Of a stretch of DNA of 64,000 nt, positions 36,691 to 50,808 are shown one piece after another; the stretch's first letter is position 1, and every line of letters starts with the position of its first letter. Under the pieces are notes generated by a model. It saw only the letters and a list, made by a program, of their open reading frames with translations, ran no database searches and had not been told where the DNA came from. Position numbers and translations under genes: made by a program. The stretch comes from Glycera tridactyla (Eukaryota). Location of the stretch: contig OZ286462.1 of NCBI GenBank assembly GCA_965644265.1, positions 51,460,001 to 51,524,000 of the forward strand, in the 5' to 3' direction.

Positions 36691-39600
36691 CCATGATCAT
36701 ATCCCCAGCACATGTCTGACTGCCTTCCATTGGCACCTGTTTGTATCATAACATTGACCATATCAGTAGCTAGAGTATTGACGCTATCAGGGTGATATCA
36801 ACAGGCTAATAATAGATCTGTGTTTGGCGAGTAAATACAGAGTGACCTCTAATGAATGTATCAATCATGCTGTGGTTGCACATCTCCATTGATGGAAACC
36901 CCATGAAATCTGAAATTTGCGAAACTCTAGAAATGCAGCTCATTAATCTGTACTATTCTAAATCAACCAGTGTGTGTCACTTTGGACCCCAATTTCACTC
37001 TGTGAAAGTAGACCTTAAATACAACCAATGGTGTGTTTCGAGTACTGTCATAACTTTATTCACAAATGGCATTCAGAGCAGTGAAAATTGCACAATTATA
37101 TCGGTATCAAGTTCAGTTACGGTTTAACTGAGGTTGTTCTCTAGGGTAATGGTACCGATAGTTTTGGAAAGTCACCGGGTGCGATCCAGTTGTTCTTTTT
37201 TAGATGGACAGCCGCTTTGTCGACCTACAGGATCTCAGTTTCAGTGGCAGGCGTTCTCAAAAGTGAACACAACAGAAAAGGCACCTTTTTGTAGCAGATA
37301 ATATGAATTAGAGTGGTCTTGGATCCCTGCATTTCATCGCGCGAGTAGTGCCGCCTGACAGTATCTCATAGTTTCGATGTTCTACTAACTGTTGGTGTAC
37401 ATCAGGCGGACTTCACATATTGTGGATCTTGTATGTGATCCTTCCAATTTGACGATGGAATTTCACCAGTCATCCGACAGGCTTGTAGGAGTATTCCCTC
37501 CTCTTCCTTAGATGCGACTATTGGCTAGTATTCAATTTCTGATATATATTCAATTACCAAGAACAGGCAGGAAGCAATGTTACAGACTAACCGGGAATTT
37601 TGTCCCATCTACCAAAATAACTATATAAATGGCATTGGTCCTGTGGATTGTGTTCACAAATCTGCACATTTAGTCTAAAAGATGTAAAAGCATGATCAGT
37701 ATTGAATGTTGAATCCCATCGTTCACCAAGCTCATTTGAAATAACTGAATCTATGAAGTCATCTCAACCTTCATACAGGGAAATTAATTACCGGCACAAA
37801 TGCGTAACAACACAGAAATAGAGTTGTAGATACATATTTATTTTGTATAATATCACAGAAGTGATGTGAATGGTAGAAAATATCTAGAATGAAACCATAT
37901 TGAATACTACATAAATATACGTGGTTGACACATGTCAATAGTACCCAAACTTCTATAAATACATTCAATTCATACCATTCAGATCTGAATCAAGAAAATC
38001 ATATGACCCTTGAGTTGGAATTCATAATATCATCAAATACCAGTGAAACACGAAGTAAAAAGCTTAAAGTACACAAGTACACCAGACATTCATGATAGAT
38101 CACCAGGATAGAAATACCTCATTGTAATGACACAAAAGTATCAAATATTTCACACCAAATGTTCATGTTTTATAACCACCAACCATGTGCATATGCAATT
38201 CTTGTAACTGTGATCCAATGACGACTTGAGCGCTTGAGGAGTGGCCACTGTTGACAGCTGGAATCCGAACATGGTCAAAGACACTGTCTCCAGAATGTTA
38301 ATGTGCACTTATGATATCATGAACTCAAAAGTCTGGGTTAAAGACCCACGATGAAATATCGAACACGTATGATGACGAATCACGGATGTGAAATGCATGT
38401 TCAGCTGATTGTGTGGTGTAGTGATCACTAGAATGTGTATAAGACATTGAAGGATGAACCAAGAGGATTATTCCATTCCTCTACATGAGTGGATCCGTTT
38501 CCAGAATGCCAGACAAACACATCTTGCTGTATAAGGCAATCAATGTCCACACATCACCGGTGGAACAAGTGTGCAGGTCACACATCCATCACAGTGGCTA
38601 GAGGTATAGCGTAGACTTCATAGGTCTTTTAGTAGCTGCATCCTTAAGCCTGGAGCTGGCGATATGGAATAGGAATGGCCTGAAGAGTACGCACCTCTTC
38701 AGTTACGACATCTCAGACATGATGGCCACTGCAAGAAGACAGAAAAAATCTCCTACCACAGTGTCCAAGTATCATATAAAGAGAAATATTTTCAAGTTAA
38801 TTTAATATCTTTGAACAACTCTAAAATGTTTTTTTGCGTGCACTTAGTCACGTTGCATTTGCCAGATCTATTATAGTGGGAAGGCAGGATCCTACTTTAT
38901 TCCCCACTAACTGAATAGCGCAAGAATTCAAGCTACAAGCTATCCATGTTCAAGTTACTCAAAATATCTCAACAATCAGTTGAAAGGATTGTCAAAGACA
39001 ATCAGCAAGTATCACCATTGAAAAAAAAATCTCAATGCACTAAGTCATTTTGAACGGAGCAGACCAAGCCAACTAAGTTAATCAATCAATGAAGAAGGCA
39101 TTGAATATCATCAGCTGCATCAGAGAGAGCTAAGTTCATGGGGAATGAACTAGAAAGGTGATCACACCAAGTCCTCTCTCAGTCAGCTTGGATCATGATG
39201 CAGTCCAACTGTCTGCATGAAAAGAGATTCAAGAATTCAAATTGAATTAAAATGATTATTGAGAAATTAATCTATTTAGAACAGGTGGTCTCTATGGACA
39301 GAATCGGAGTAAGATACCACTCACCGAAGCATGTGGCAAGATCTGAAAACAACACAAGTTCCCCCCTCCGGTTCACTGTGAGTATGACCTACCTAACATT
39401 GACCAGAACGCACTAAGTCACAGCTTCAGTAGCAGCGGGGTCTAAGTTCCGATCGACAAAGTCTGTGCTAAGTTCGAATTCCAAAATTCACCAAATCCCA
39501 ATTTCAACTCATTACAAGCCATTTGGAAATGCCAAAAGTCGAAATTAGTCATGAAATTCCAGGAACATAAGAGCGATATGCATTTATAAGCAGTCCCATG

Positions 39601-42479
39601 AGTCACAAACCGCAAACACAGATGTGCTTACAGGGAAAGACCATGTGTGAGCCAGGTAAGCACTGTGCTAACTTTCAGTCAATGTGCTAAGTTCTTGCTG
39701 TCAAATCACAAATAGAGGTGAAGCCAGCACACTGAAGTTCCAAAATAGCAATCCACAATTGCCGAGAAACAATTTCGGTCAATTCTAAAGTAGCTAAAAG
39801 CTTTTATCCGAGTTTCAAACTTTTTAAAAAGTGTGAAGTGGATTGGAAGCTCAAAGTGAGGCTCATCAAAATGGTGGATGGAAATTCAAAATGGCAGATT
39901 ATTTACATCTGACCGATCAGTCAGAAAACAGCTGTTCATTCCAGAAACTATCAAAAAGTATTTCGAAGCTCAAATGAAAGCGATTTGCAGCTTTCTCATC
40001 CCGGAAGCAAAACAATTACAAATACAGCATTTTGATGGCCTAAAATCATTTCAAAGGTATTTTCCTTCAAAGACACAGCTCAACGTCAAGCTACAGATCA
40101 TATAGACCTAAAATCTTGAGGTGGTCACAAGTGACATGTTGGTCTCAATACAGAGGTTTTACTCAAAAAGTAGGTCATGGGACTTAGGAACATGACACAA
40201 GACTGAGCATGCTTAGGACGGGTCAGTGCTTAGGATATATAGCGCTTAGGACAGAAATCAAGCTTATCAGAGTGGACTTTCTCCGAAAAGTCTAATTTCA
40301 GACCGTGGCACATGAATCATAAGCAGCCCTTCCGTTTAAACAAAACAAGCCTTGGTTTGTTTTCTCATCACCCTGTCTATTACAAACACTAGCACCATAA
40401 ATACACCATGGGATCTCCAAGTGACAAATACGATATTTGTGATCTTAGAAATGGAAATACCATCAATCTAGCATTCGACCGTTAGACAACCAAGCTTTTC
40501 AAGCCAAAATAGATTCAGAAAACCTAAATTCAAGCATATTTGATCGGTCAATTAATCGATTAATTGATCGATTAACTGTCCAAAATTTCAGATTTTTTTA
40601 CACCATATGAATGATGTTTGAGTATTACCTTCTTTAAACAAGCCGTTTCAATGAAAATACGGTTTTTTCAAGGGAAATTTCACCGGAAAATGAAAAGATT
40701 GACTGGACACAGATCCAGAGAGAAAATAAACAGTCGTCTCGGTCCTTTTTCCAACTGAAGATGATCTTACAGAAATATTTCTTCGACATATGTATCTCTA
40801 TTGGAATTGCCCGTATAGATAATTGAATTTTGAATGATTCAAATAATTCCTTCACACAGTAATCCAGGATATTATTCAATGGTTTGAATCTGATACATAG
40901 GTGCTATATTGAGATGTTTAAGCAGTTTATACACACAGCTTCTCTCACCCGGCGGATTCAGTGAGTCCAAGCACAAAATACATCTTATACCAATTCCTGT
41001 TTAACCCTGTTCCACCCATACTGGCGTACTGTACCAGGAACAATACTGGAGGAACACGGCCTAGTTCCACACAGTTCCACAAGTTCCACATTGTTCCACG
41101 TTCACTGGAACAGCACCGGGAATTCAGAGAAACAACTTAGACTGCTGTGAATGATGAAAATTATCAGCGGATCATTTTGGATCTAAACGGCATTTATGGA
41201 GCAAAAATTTTAGCATCAAAATTCATCCAAAAACATGCAAAATCTAGATTTTCAGACCACGTATGCTCGAAAATCATTGCATTCAAAACAAAGCATGGAA
41301 GATCCGATGACATGAAATGGCATGACACTAAAATGGCCAGTGGAGGAAGTATGGACAATGACTTCTAACAAAGCTTCTTGAATGATCCTACAACAGCTTC
41401 TAATCACATCAAAAACTTACATTCTTCAAAACAAGCTATCTCAATATATGGAGTCCACGGCAAAGTCCAAGGCAGCGAACTTGGAGAGCATCTAGATTGA
41501 AAAACTCTCGACTCCAACAGCTCTGGTGCGTACTCTTCAGGACAAAGTTTCCAAGTGCCAGAATCTAGGTTCTGGACACTTTTATGTAACTGCCCTGAAG
41601 AGCCAAAAAGAGGGGGAACTGAGAGCGGGAAAAGAGATGCCAACTTCTCCAAGTCAGATACCCTGAATGTATATGCTTGTGACTAACACAGATCGATATC
41701 AGTCGAGTTTACGAAGAAATCATGTCTATTCCATGTTTATTTCCTCCGGCGCGACTCCGAGCTTTGCCGACTCTGGGAGCCGGTTACTACACTGTGTGAT
41801 CAAAACTAACTGCAAAAAACAGCCCGCAAAACGGCCTTCACCTCGTGCTAACTATTTTGCCTCAGGAGATATCTTTCCCATCCTCAGGATATCTTTAGTC
41901 CCAAATCAGATATATAACATATTGAAATATGATTTTCCTACGTCCATTATTCACTGAGATATCCCAGTTTCCATATTGAACTTCTAGAAATACTGCAAGC
42001 TGGGCACACACCGAGTACGGCAAGTCTACCGAGCTTAACTCGAGCCTTAGTTGCCATGTCAACAGTCTTTCAAACAAAAACGTGCGTTTTTAGGGAACTA
42101 ACGGGATCACACATATTTTTCAACTAATATATGTGAAAATACCTCACAACTCATGGGTAGGAAGGAATTTATACACTCCCGATATGGGAAAACTAGTGCC
42201 GCGGGCCTCAAAAGAGAATTTCCGCGAACTTCACTAACTGAAATCCCTATATGCATGTATTACCATGTCCCAGCACCCGGACTTGTTACGTATGTAATGA
42301 GAGCCGGTGAGTATTGATGGATAGAACGAGTATATGACTAACAATCTTAGGCCTTTTTTGGAACGTCGCTCAACCTCAGATGATATAGGCTCCCATCTAT
42401 GGTTTGAGCTTTGTAAATGAAGATTCTGTTATCTGTTATCTGCTATCTGTTTATATTGTTCACGTCAATCTAACTAATG

Positions 42480-43470
42480 TCGCGACATCAAAAACGTGGC
42501 GTCACATGTATGTTCCTTGAATTATGCATATTTTTCGCATTTATTGTCGACAAGTTTTGTATGTTTCAAGAGATCTTGTCCCGTCATACTGGTGTCTCCT
42601 TGAACACTGGCCCCTAGAAGTCGTTCAAAACAGCGGTCAAGTTCATGAATGGATCCCTGGTTTAATTCATCATGAATCACCGAGCAATATCTCATCAAAG
42701 AGACGATGAGTGACAAGGAGGGATGTCTTGTGAAACCTAGCCACACTGGATATCTCTTGCATCTTAGCATCATTGCGTATTCACTCATTTCTTTGATGAA
42801 GTGGTCTTTACATTATCAGATATTCGAGATTTGATCTAGGGTGACGCCTGCATTTTTGAAATGGTCGAGAGGTGAAGCAGCGTCAAGTTCGTGTCTAAAT
42901 GCAAAATATTATTATTTTTATTTTGCAGTATTGAGGCTCAGGCAGTTATCATCAAATCAGGCTTTCAATCAATTTGGATTGCCGTTTTTACGTTGAATAT
43001 CTCATGGATATCATGAGACTGTACCATGAGAGCAGTGTTATCTGCATACATGAAGATTTTCCTCCATTGATGGATGTTTGAAGCTGATCAATGTACACTG
43101 ATTATATCAACAGAAACAATATTTGTCCTTATGAGGTTTCAGAGTCTATTGTGTCAATCTGTTAACCTTCGTTGCCTGTGAGTGAATAATCAAGTATGAT
43201 TTGAATCAGCCAATTGAGTCAGCATGTGAGTGTCGTGTCTCCAATTTTTGTGATGGTGGATTGAATGGTCTACGATGTCAAAAGCCTTGGCGAGATCCAG
43301 GAAAACTCTTCTACTTAGTTTATCTGATAAAACATGATAATTTCATTGACCTACCGTATCGAGGGATTTTTTCCATCCTCTGTCGTATTCAGCGATCAAT
43401 CTTTTCGTGTGACTTTGATTCCGATCTAATATTAGGGAGCGACATACCATCTGTCTTTGTTCACATTTGT
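42480..43470 (-). mobile_element. Degenerate non-LTR retrotransposon RT fragment
   Basis: Minus-strand motifs RVFLDLAKAFDIVDH (~43260-43310), IFMYADNTALMVQS (~43020-43065) and GVTLD (~42830). Confidence 0.75.
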
Positions 43471-43479
43471 AGATAAGTA

Positions 43480-43650
43480 CAGTCGAACCTCTCTATAAAG
43501 ACCGCCTTCAGTCGCACCAAAAAGTGGTCTTTATAGGGAGGTGGTCTTTATAGAGAGGTCATTTACTGTTGAAAATAGGTCGCAGCTCAGAGTGGTCTTT
43601 ATAGGGCGGTGGTCTTTATAGAGAGGTGGTCTTCAGAGGAGGTTAAACTG
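43480..43650. mobile_element. Tc1/mariner-pogo-type MITE, 171 bp, TA target-site duplication
   Basis: TA|CAGTCGAACCTC ... GAGGTTAAACTG|TA imperfect TIRs, with internal GTGGTCTTTATAG subrepeats. Confidence 0.85.
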
Positions 43651-44189
43651 TAATTTGAATATTCAATGAAATATACAGGGTTGTACTCATGAATATGTCA
43701 TCAGATTATTGACATTACTAACATTTCATTGCTGGTCTAGTTCTCCTTTCTAATTACATGGGAAAGATTTTGGCCTGATTTTCACCTTTCAGTAACGTGA
43801 TCAGCTATTGTTTTTGAGCCTGACAGCCAATCAAAAGAACAAAACATTGTATTTCATTTGTCATCAACTTCACACGGAACGTGTTACCATAACAAAACCC
43901 GGAAAAGACGTTCAATTTCCCAATTGTAATCACCATATTTTTCCGTGGAATGATAATAAAATACATGCTTTCACTTTCGCATATTCTCTCACTCACTGAA
44001 TTATTGTACTTATATCTACAGACAGGTTAAAAAACCAATTAAACAAAATCATATGATACCATCCAGAACACCCAATCAACAGTTCACCCAGCATCGATGA
44101 TAAATGACTCGATAGTCAATTTCTAAACAACAAATATTCTGACTAATTGGGCTAGCTGAGGGTTTGTGTCGATCTATGATCGAGAATAT

Positions 44190-44340
44190 TCAAAATTCAA
44201 ATTCAATTTTTTTAAATTTAAACTCGTGGTAACATTCGTATAAAATATATACGAAGACCGCAGTTAGCTCAACCGAGCTCCATACAACGGCCACGAGCTA
44301 TGGCCCATATCTTCACATGTAGTCTACCAGGATCCCTGTG
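44190..44340 (-). mobile_element. Probable 3' end of a LINE or SINE with a (TTTGAA)n-like tail, just downstream of gene 7
   Basis: Plus-strand AAATTCAAATTCAA repeat tail next to a short GC-richer block (AACTCGTGGTAAC...AGTTAGCTCAACCGAGCT). Confidence 0.35.
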
Positions 44341-44390
44341 AATATGAAATTCGCCATGGATTTATGGTCGTAATACTAAGTTTGGACAGG

Positions 44391-45362
44391 TTATTCACAA
44401 TTGTTCCTATAATTCCCTAGAGTTGCAATCTCGATTTTGTTTATTAATGGTGAAGTTCTCTGATTCCTGCCTAAGATGACGAGGAAAGCTTTGCGGAACA
44501 GTTGACCTTGCCAGCAGTATATCAAAGGGTTGATACAGCAGTTCATATTCCACAATGCCAGGATAGCTGTCGAATAATAGTGATATTTCTCTCTTGTAAG
44601 GTAACCTAAGGCAATCAATGTGACTGATATTGTATAAGGCGAGGAACATGCAATGTATATCCCTACTACACATGCACCCATCTTGAAGATCTTCATGCCA
44701 TTTGAGGGTGGGATGAACTTTACTTGGACTGGCTGCACAATTATTGTATTCATTCTACGTGCCAAATTAAATATTAAACTGTATACAAGTATGAGTGTGA
44801 GGTATATACCCCAGATAACGATGCAGTAGGAAACTATCTGAGCAAAATCACTTGGGATTTCAGCAGAGCAGCGACTGTCTGGGATCGTCTTATACATATG
44901 CCAAGCAACTAGCCCCAGTAGTGTAATCCATACCAAACACATCACAACCAAGAGTTTGTTCTTTGTAGTATAGACATGATATTTCATAGGATGCATGATG
45001 TACATGTAACGTTCAGATGCTATGAGACCAACTCCAAATACGTTTCCGTAAGCCATGCAGTCGATTGTAAATGTGTAGATTCGGCAGCAGATGATGGTCA
45101 TCTCACCAGATAAGCCCAAGTCATAGGTTATCAGTGTATACAAAACTGAGCAAGGTTGACTCAGGGTATCTGAGAATGCCAGATGCAGAATGAAGATATT
45201 GGACGTGGTTTACAAATATTCAAATTTGGCGACAGCATAGATTGTCAGAAGATTGCCAACAAGTGAGATCAAACCTTGAAAGATTCTCACAGTCACAAAG
45301 AAATCCACCATAAAGGGATCTGTAACCTGACGGAGACTGCTGTTGATGGAATCATTAGACAA
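44391..45362 (-). pseudogene. GPCR (array gene 7) with one premature stop; closest paralog of gene 8
   Basis: A single frame reads LSNDSINSS..DPFMVDFF..VGNLLTIYAVAKFEYL*TTSNIFILHLAFSD. TAA at 45210-45212 replaces the Q of the conserved LQT. The position matching gene 8's start is TTG (45360-45362), with an in-frame ATG at 45309-45311. The downstream frame is intact (ASERY, SSPY, NPLIY). Confidence 0.9.
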
Positions 45363-45458
45363 ATCTAATGATGGTATAGATCCCCACACACAGATCAGTT
45401 CTCCGCCTCCTGGCTTCTTTTTCAGATACAGATTTGCAGAATGAGGATTTAATCAGCC

Positions 45459-45584
45459 GTGAAGAAGTTAGAATCCAAGGTAATGCTGGGCTTAGTGTCA
45501 GTGAAGAAGTTAGAATCCAAGGTAATGCTGGGCTCAGTGCCAGTGAAGAAGTTAGAATCCAAGGTAATGCTGGGCTCAGTGCCA
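45459..45584. repeat. 42-bp tandem repeat x3, immediately upstream of gene 7
   Basis: GTGAAGAAGTTAGAATCCAAGGTAATGCTGGGCT(T/C)AGTG(T/C)CA x3. Confidence 0.95.
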
Positions 45585-46594
45585 GTAGGCAGGAATTCAA
45601 TATGATCTCAGTTTTATCTGGTTTTGTAGACATATTGTCAACAACTCACAAACAATCAATCAGAGCTCGCTGTCATTCCCATCATGATGAGGGGCCTGCC
45701 ATCTTCATGGATGATTTGTCAACAAATTTACCAGAATAGGTACAACTGGCGACTCCTGAGAGATGGAAACAGCGATGAGAGAAATGCCACACTCAATGTA
45801 CCATTATGCTGTGTTTGACCAGCTAATGGGCAAGTAGCGATACTTCCTGTTCCACTGAATACACTCAGCTTGTATACTCAAATGGATGATGTAGTTCATG
45901 CTTCCACCTGTACTGACACTACAACCTATCGGATGTTGGGAAAGTATGGTTGGAATTCAATGGCCTGTGATGAACCAAAGAGACATGTACATCATGTGTT
46001 AAATTCTATAACTCATAAGAGCTCGATGGCCTGATCACTTCAGGTATCACTCACACACACCCTGGACAAAAGACGGACAACAAGAGAAATTGTCAAGTGG
46101 AAGTAGCTGCCAAATTAAACACATCTCTCTACATCTCACATGGATCTGGATAAAGCTATGCATGTCAATGTTCATTCTCAGCTGACATCCAAGTATTACA
46201 GGACCATGCCTATGCAACTGTCAATTCGACCTGAATCATCTCTAGTCCGTAGTCGATAGGAGTTTCTGAATTGAATTGATTTGAATTGAATTGGACTTCA
46301 TCACCGTTACTTCATTCATACAGAGCATTTGCTAACTTAACTGTGTAAGAATAAACATTTGGAACAACAACTACTCGACTACATTGCATGTTCATGAATG
46401 ACATTTGACAGGGCAAACATGACACGTACAATTTGGACATAACAAAAAAACAAACAAAAAAAGTACAAGTAAATAATAAGAATGTAATATGGATGTTCAC
46501 GCATCAACTGGAATGATATACTACTACATTTAGATGACTAGGAATATGTCAGTGACTAGGAAAAACTAGGCATGTATACCGAAAAAAGGATGCC

Positions 46595-46683
46595 TGGTAA
46601 CACATATCTCCTCTGCTGGTGAGTGTGAGAGAAAAAAGATGAATGGTAACACATATCTCCTCTGCTGGTGAGTGTGAGAGAAA
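46595..46683. repeat. 40-bp direct repeat x2 (period 49)
   Basis: TGGTAACACATATCTCCTCTGCTGGTGAGTGTGAGAGAAA at 46595 and 46644. Confidence 0.9.
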
Positions 46684-46849
46684 TCAATTTGAATTTTCAC
46701 ATTCATCCAGTCATCCAGCTGCTCACTGTGTCAAAATGGCCCGGATGGGGAAACCCAATCGTTTAACATGTGAATTCCATTCATGAATCACTAAATCATA
46801 CAATCAAACACTTTAATGTCTCCCCAAAATGAAATGCTCCAACGTATAC

Positions 46850-47990
46850 CCATAATTGAACATCGATTCAAAATGAAGTGAAAAAAGTAGGAAGTATTCA
46901 TATCATTAGCGGTGTCAAACCTGAAGGCAAGCCTAGATCGATCATGAGCTGGCAAGGAATTTCTGTAAGTAGGAAGCATTGTCATGGAAGATAGACTCAT
47001 AAAGAGTTATTCAAGTGATCTATGCAAAGCAGACAGGCTTTCACAACAACCATACGAGATTTCATGGTATATATTGTCTTCCCATTCTCATCGGATGCTA
47101 GCTCTTTTGATTATCGAATGTTGACAGACAGTTTTCATTCCCCGCAATATGAATCTAGCTTGGGTAATGTTGTATGCAAACTATTTGTTCAGGTTGACAC
47201 CTGAACATGATTATCTACAAACAAAAACAGCTCACATGCCTATCATGTGAAATAGCATGATCATCTTTCTCATCAAACGGTGTGGGTATATCATCAACAA
47301 AAATGTCAAATCGAGTAGGGCTGAGGACACATACTTGTTTCACACTAATGTCTGGGTATGAAGCTAGACTGATATGCTTGATACATTTGTGGAGGAGGGC
47401 TCCTTGACCGACAGTGTCAAGGGCTTAGCTAAAATTGATGAAAGCGACATATAGGAACTTGCCATTACCTGCCTTCTTCATATACTTATCAACATGAGCT
47501 CTCAAAACGAAGATGTGGTCGCTAGTTCGTGACGCTACACGGAAGCAAATTCGATGATCATCTGTATGACTTCAAGTTTGTCTCGAAATGTCAACAGGCA
47601 GGTATTGAGTACACGACAGAAGGTTTTGGAGAAGCAGCTAGATACCGTAATTCCTCTGTATTATTCGGATCTGTACTGGGGTCCCCTTTATGCAATAATG
47701 ATATAACACCCTGCTTCCATGAAGTAGGAAAGAACACTGTGGAGAAGAACATATTGAATAATTTACATAAGGCAGGTAGTGGGGATGCTGCACCATGCTT
47801 CAGCATTTCATTGGATATCATGTCATTAATAACTTCTACCCACAGACATCTACGGGTACTGAATTGTAATGGGAAGTATAATCCTTCACGGACAAAAAAT
47901 TATCATACCCGAATCATTTGCGCCAGTGCTTTTATATTTCCTATACTGACCACCCTCCATCTACTCTTTCAATAAGGATCACCATTCATT
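46850..47990 (-). mobile_element. Degenerate non-LTR retrotransposon RT fragment
   Basis: ISNEMLKHG..LCKLFN..FPTSWKQGVISLLHKGD..DPNN followed by a frameshifted YRGI, and later KQVCVLSPT..IFVDD. Confidence 0.8.
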
Positions 47991-48836
47991 ATTAGTAGAT
48001 ACATATGGGTGAACAACAGAGATGCATCTTGGGGTCGACTATGATTCTAGATGAAACTCAAGGTAACTGAAGTGTATCTTGCTCTGATGATGAATTCGTG
48101 ATTGTGACGTCATGACACATTCTGTGAGGTCATGACACACGTTGCTGATCCGACCAATCAAGCTGAAACCCTTTCAGTTTATGAATCACTTATCTTGCCA
48201 TCCATTGACCATCGCGATACAGCGTAGGATTATAACCAGATGTAGAAAGCTGAATTATTGCTACCCAGAATGCACTAGACACGTAGAGGATAAACAGTTT
48301 GTGGTTCGGATAAGAAGGGGTAGAATTTGAAAGTTGCTTCTATACTGGTATTTGTATATTTCTTTATCTGAAGTCGTAAAAACGTGAACAGAAATATAAT
48401 TATCCCTATCTTAGAGACTTTTTCTAGGTTGATGAATGAACAAATGGGTCGAATAAACATCAATCATTCTCTCCTCATCCATATGCATTCCATATCATAT
48501 CGACCCGTACATAATTATCACATTATTCATTTATATCGTATTTGATTGTTGCATATATGTTCTAGTTCGTCAACCTATAAAAGTATACTTGGTATCCAAT
48601 TGTTTTGACGACAATAAAGAAAGTTTTGATTCGAAATCAAATCAAATACACAATTAACAAAACTCTATAGATGAATGAAAATGATCATACAGCAACCTAG
48701 ACATATGAAATTAGGGTGCCGAGTAATCGCCGATAAGATGAGATGGGATTAGTGTAACTCGATGAACAAGACATCACCATTTCTATGCATGGTCTACCCT
48801 AACTCCAGAAGACCGAAAATAGTCCCATCGTACCAT

Positions 48837-48956
48837 GTCTATAACGGCCACCTTCTGTCGCATTGACAGTTGCCTATATAGGCCGGCGACCTTTATAGAG
48901 AGGTCATTTACTATTGAAAATATTTCACCGGTCGCAGCCAAGAGTGGCCTTCACAG
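48837..48956. mobile_element. Diverged partial copy of the 43480 MITE family (possible terminal piece at ~49460-49498)
   Basis: TTTATAGAGAGGTCATTTACTATTGAAAATA and GGTCGCAGC..AGAGTGG match the 43480-43650 element. Confidence 0.65.
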
Positions 48957-49818
48957 ACATTATTAGCACTTCTTTGAGGTACCTACTGGTTAGAGTGGCA
49001 CCTGGTGAGAACTATAGGAAATGCTCGTTCCTCTTTCTCTGCTCGATGACTGATACGAAAACCTCATCAAAATCTATGATGCAGACAGGCACCGCCTTCC
49101 ATACTGGTGGATTTTATTGTTGTTTTACGGCATAATCCTGGAAACTCATGAGTCATGATGATGATTTCTCAGTAAATCAGAGTTTTGAATAGATGATTTT
49201 GCCTAGGATGCAGTTCAAGCATATGAGATGCACAGTAGCAAGTTTGTTTCATGTTAGACGTACATGATGATCAGAGTGGCTCATCAAGTTGAATATATCA
49301 TATTGATTTCAGAAAAGCACCTGGAATCATATTTCACATTCCAAATTTCCATGCAAGTGACTGAGAGAGGAAGGTGAAATCAGCTCACTGCCAGAGCCAC
49401 CTTGCGTTTATACAGTGAAATTACCTGGTGGAAATTTTTCAAAATGAATGATGTCAACCTATGTAGAGAGGTGATCTCTCAAGCAGGTTTGACTGCAAAT
49501 TCAGGAAGCTAAACGCCATATATCGAATTCGATATCATGGCAGTTCATCCCTAAGCACTTTTCATCAGGGTTCCTGGAGGTATCTCCGATGATCAAACGC
49601 ATGCCAATCCCAATCACATGGGCGTCTCAACATAGCAATGGGCTAGGCTGAAAGCATTCAATCAACAGTGCCACACAACATCAAGATATATGACACGAGA
49701 GTCCATTCCTGAACATCAAATAGTATGTTCAGTTTTGGTTAACTGAGGGTTTGGGTTGTCTATGACTCAGGGAATAACTCGGATCCTGAAATATATCTCA
49801 CCAAAAGGTATGTCAATA

Positions 49819-50808
49819 TTATTGAATTTGCCATTGATTTCTGATTGTCACCCTAGGTTTGGACAGAATATTTGACCCGATTGTGTTTGTTGCTGAAGAG
49901 ACACCTCGTCTTTTGCCGAGGATGATGAGGTAAGCCTTGCGGAATTGTTGAGATTTCCAGCCATATATCAGAGGGTTGATACAACAGTTTATATACCACA
50001 CTGCCAGAATTGCCGTGGAATAATAGTGAAAATCTTCTCTTGTAAGGTAACCGATGACAATCAATGTGACTGATATTGCATAAGGTAGTGAGCATGCAAT
50101 GTAGAGCCCCACTACACATGCACCCATCTTGAAGATCTTCATGCCATTCGAAGTTGGTGTAGAGTTCACTTGGACTGGTTGCACAATCATAGTATTCATT
50201 TTACGTGCGAAGTTGAATATCAAACTGTATACAAAAATAAGTGTAATGTATAGACACCAGTTACTGATGCAGTCCAATACAATCCGATAGAATTTAGATG
50301 AAATCTCAGCAGAGCAATAACTATCTGGGATCAACTCATACATATGCCAAGCTGTTAACCCCAAAATCGTAAGCCAGACCAAACAAATTGTAACCAATAT
50401 TTTCTTCCATGTAATATAGACATGATATTTCATGGGATGCATGATGTACAGATAACGTTCACATGCTATGAGCCAAACCCCGAATACATTTCCTGAAGCC
50501 ATGCAGAACATTGTGAATGCATAGATTTGGCAGCAGATGATGACCATCTCACCAGAAAATCCCCAGTCATAAGTAACTAGCGTATACAAAACAGAGCAAG
50601 GTTGACTCAAGCAATCTGAAAATGCCAGTTGCAGAATAAAGACATTGGACATGGTCTGCAAATGTTTGAATTTGAAAACAGCATATATTGTCAGGGAATT
50701 GCCAAAAAGTGAGATCAAACCTTGAAGGATTCTCACAGTCACAAAGAGTTCCACCATGAAAGGTTCTATGAACTGGCTGAGACTGCCGTTGATTGTATCG
50801 TTGGCCAT
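49819..50808 (-). CDS. Intronless class A GPCR (array gene 8), 329 aa
   Basis: 7TM pattern; FGN, LAFSD, CCQ, ACERY, SLPY, NPLIY, FRKAY; NDT and NGS sequons. Confidence 0.95.
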   Translation of the reverse strand: MANDTINGSLSQFIEPFMVELFVTVRILQGLISLFGNSLTIYAVFKFKHLQTMSNVFILQLAFSDCLSQPCSVLYTLVTYDWGFSGEMVIICCQIYAFTMFCMASGNVFGVWLIACERYLYIMHPMKYHVYITWKKILVTICLVWLTILGLTAWHMYELIPDSYCSAEISSKFYRIVLDCISNWCLYITLIFVYSLIFNFARKMNTMIVQPVQVNSTPTSNGMKIFKMGACVVGLYIACSLPYAISVTLIVIGYLTREDFHYYSTAILAVWYINCCINPLIYGWKSQQFRKAYLIILGKRRGVSSATNTIGSNILSKPRVTIRNQWQIQ

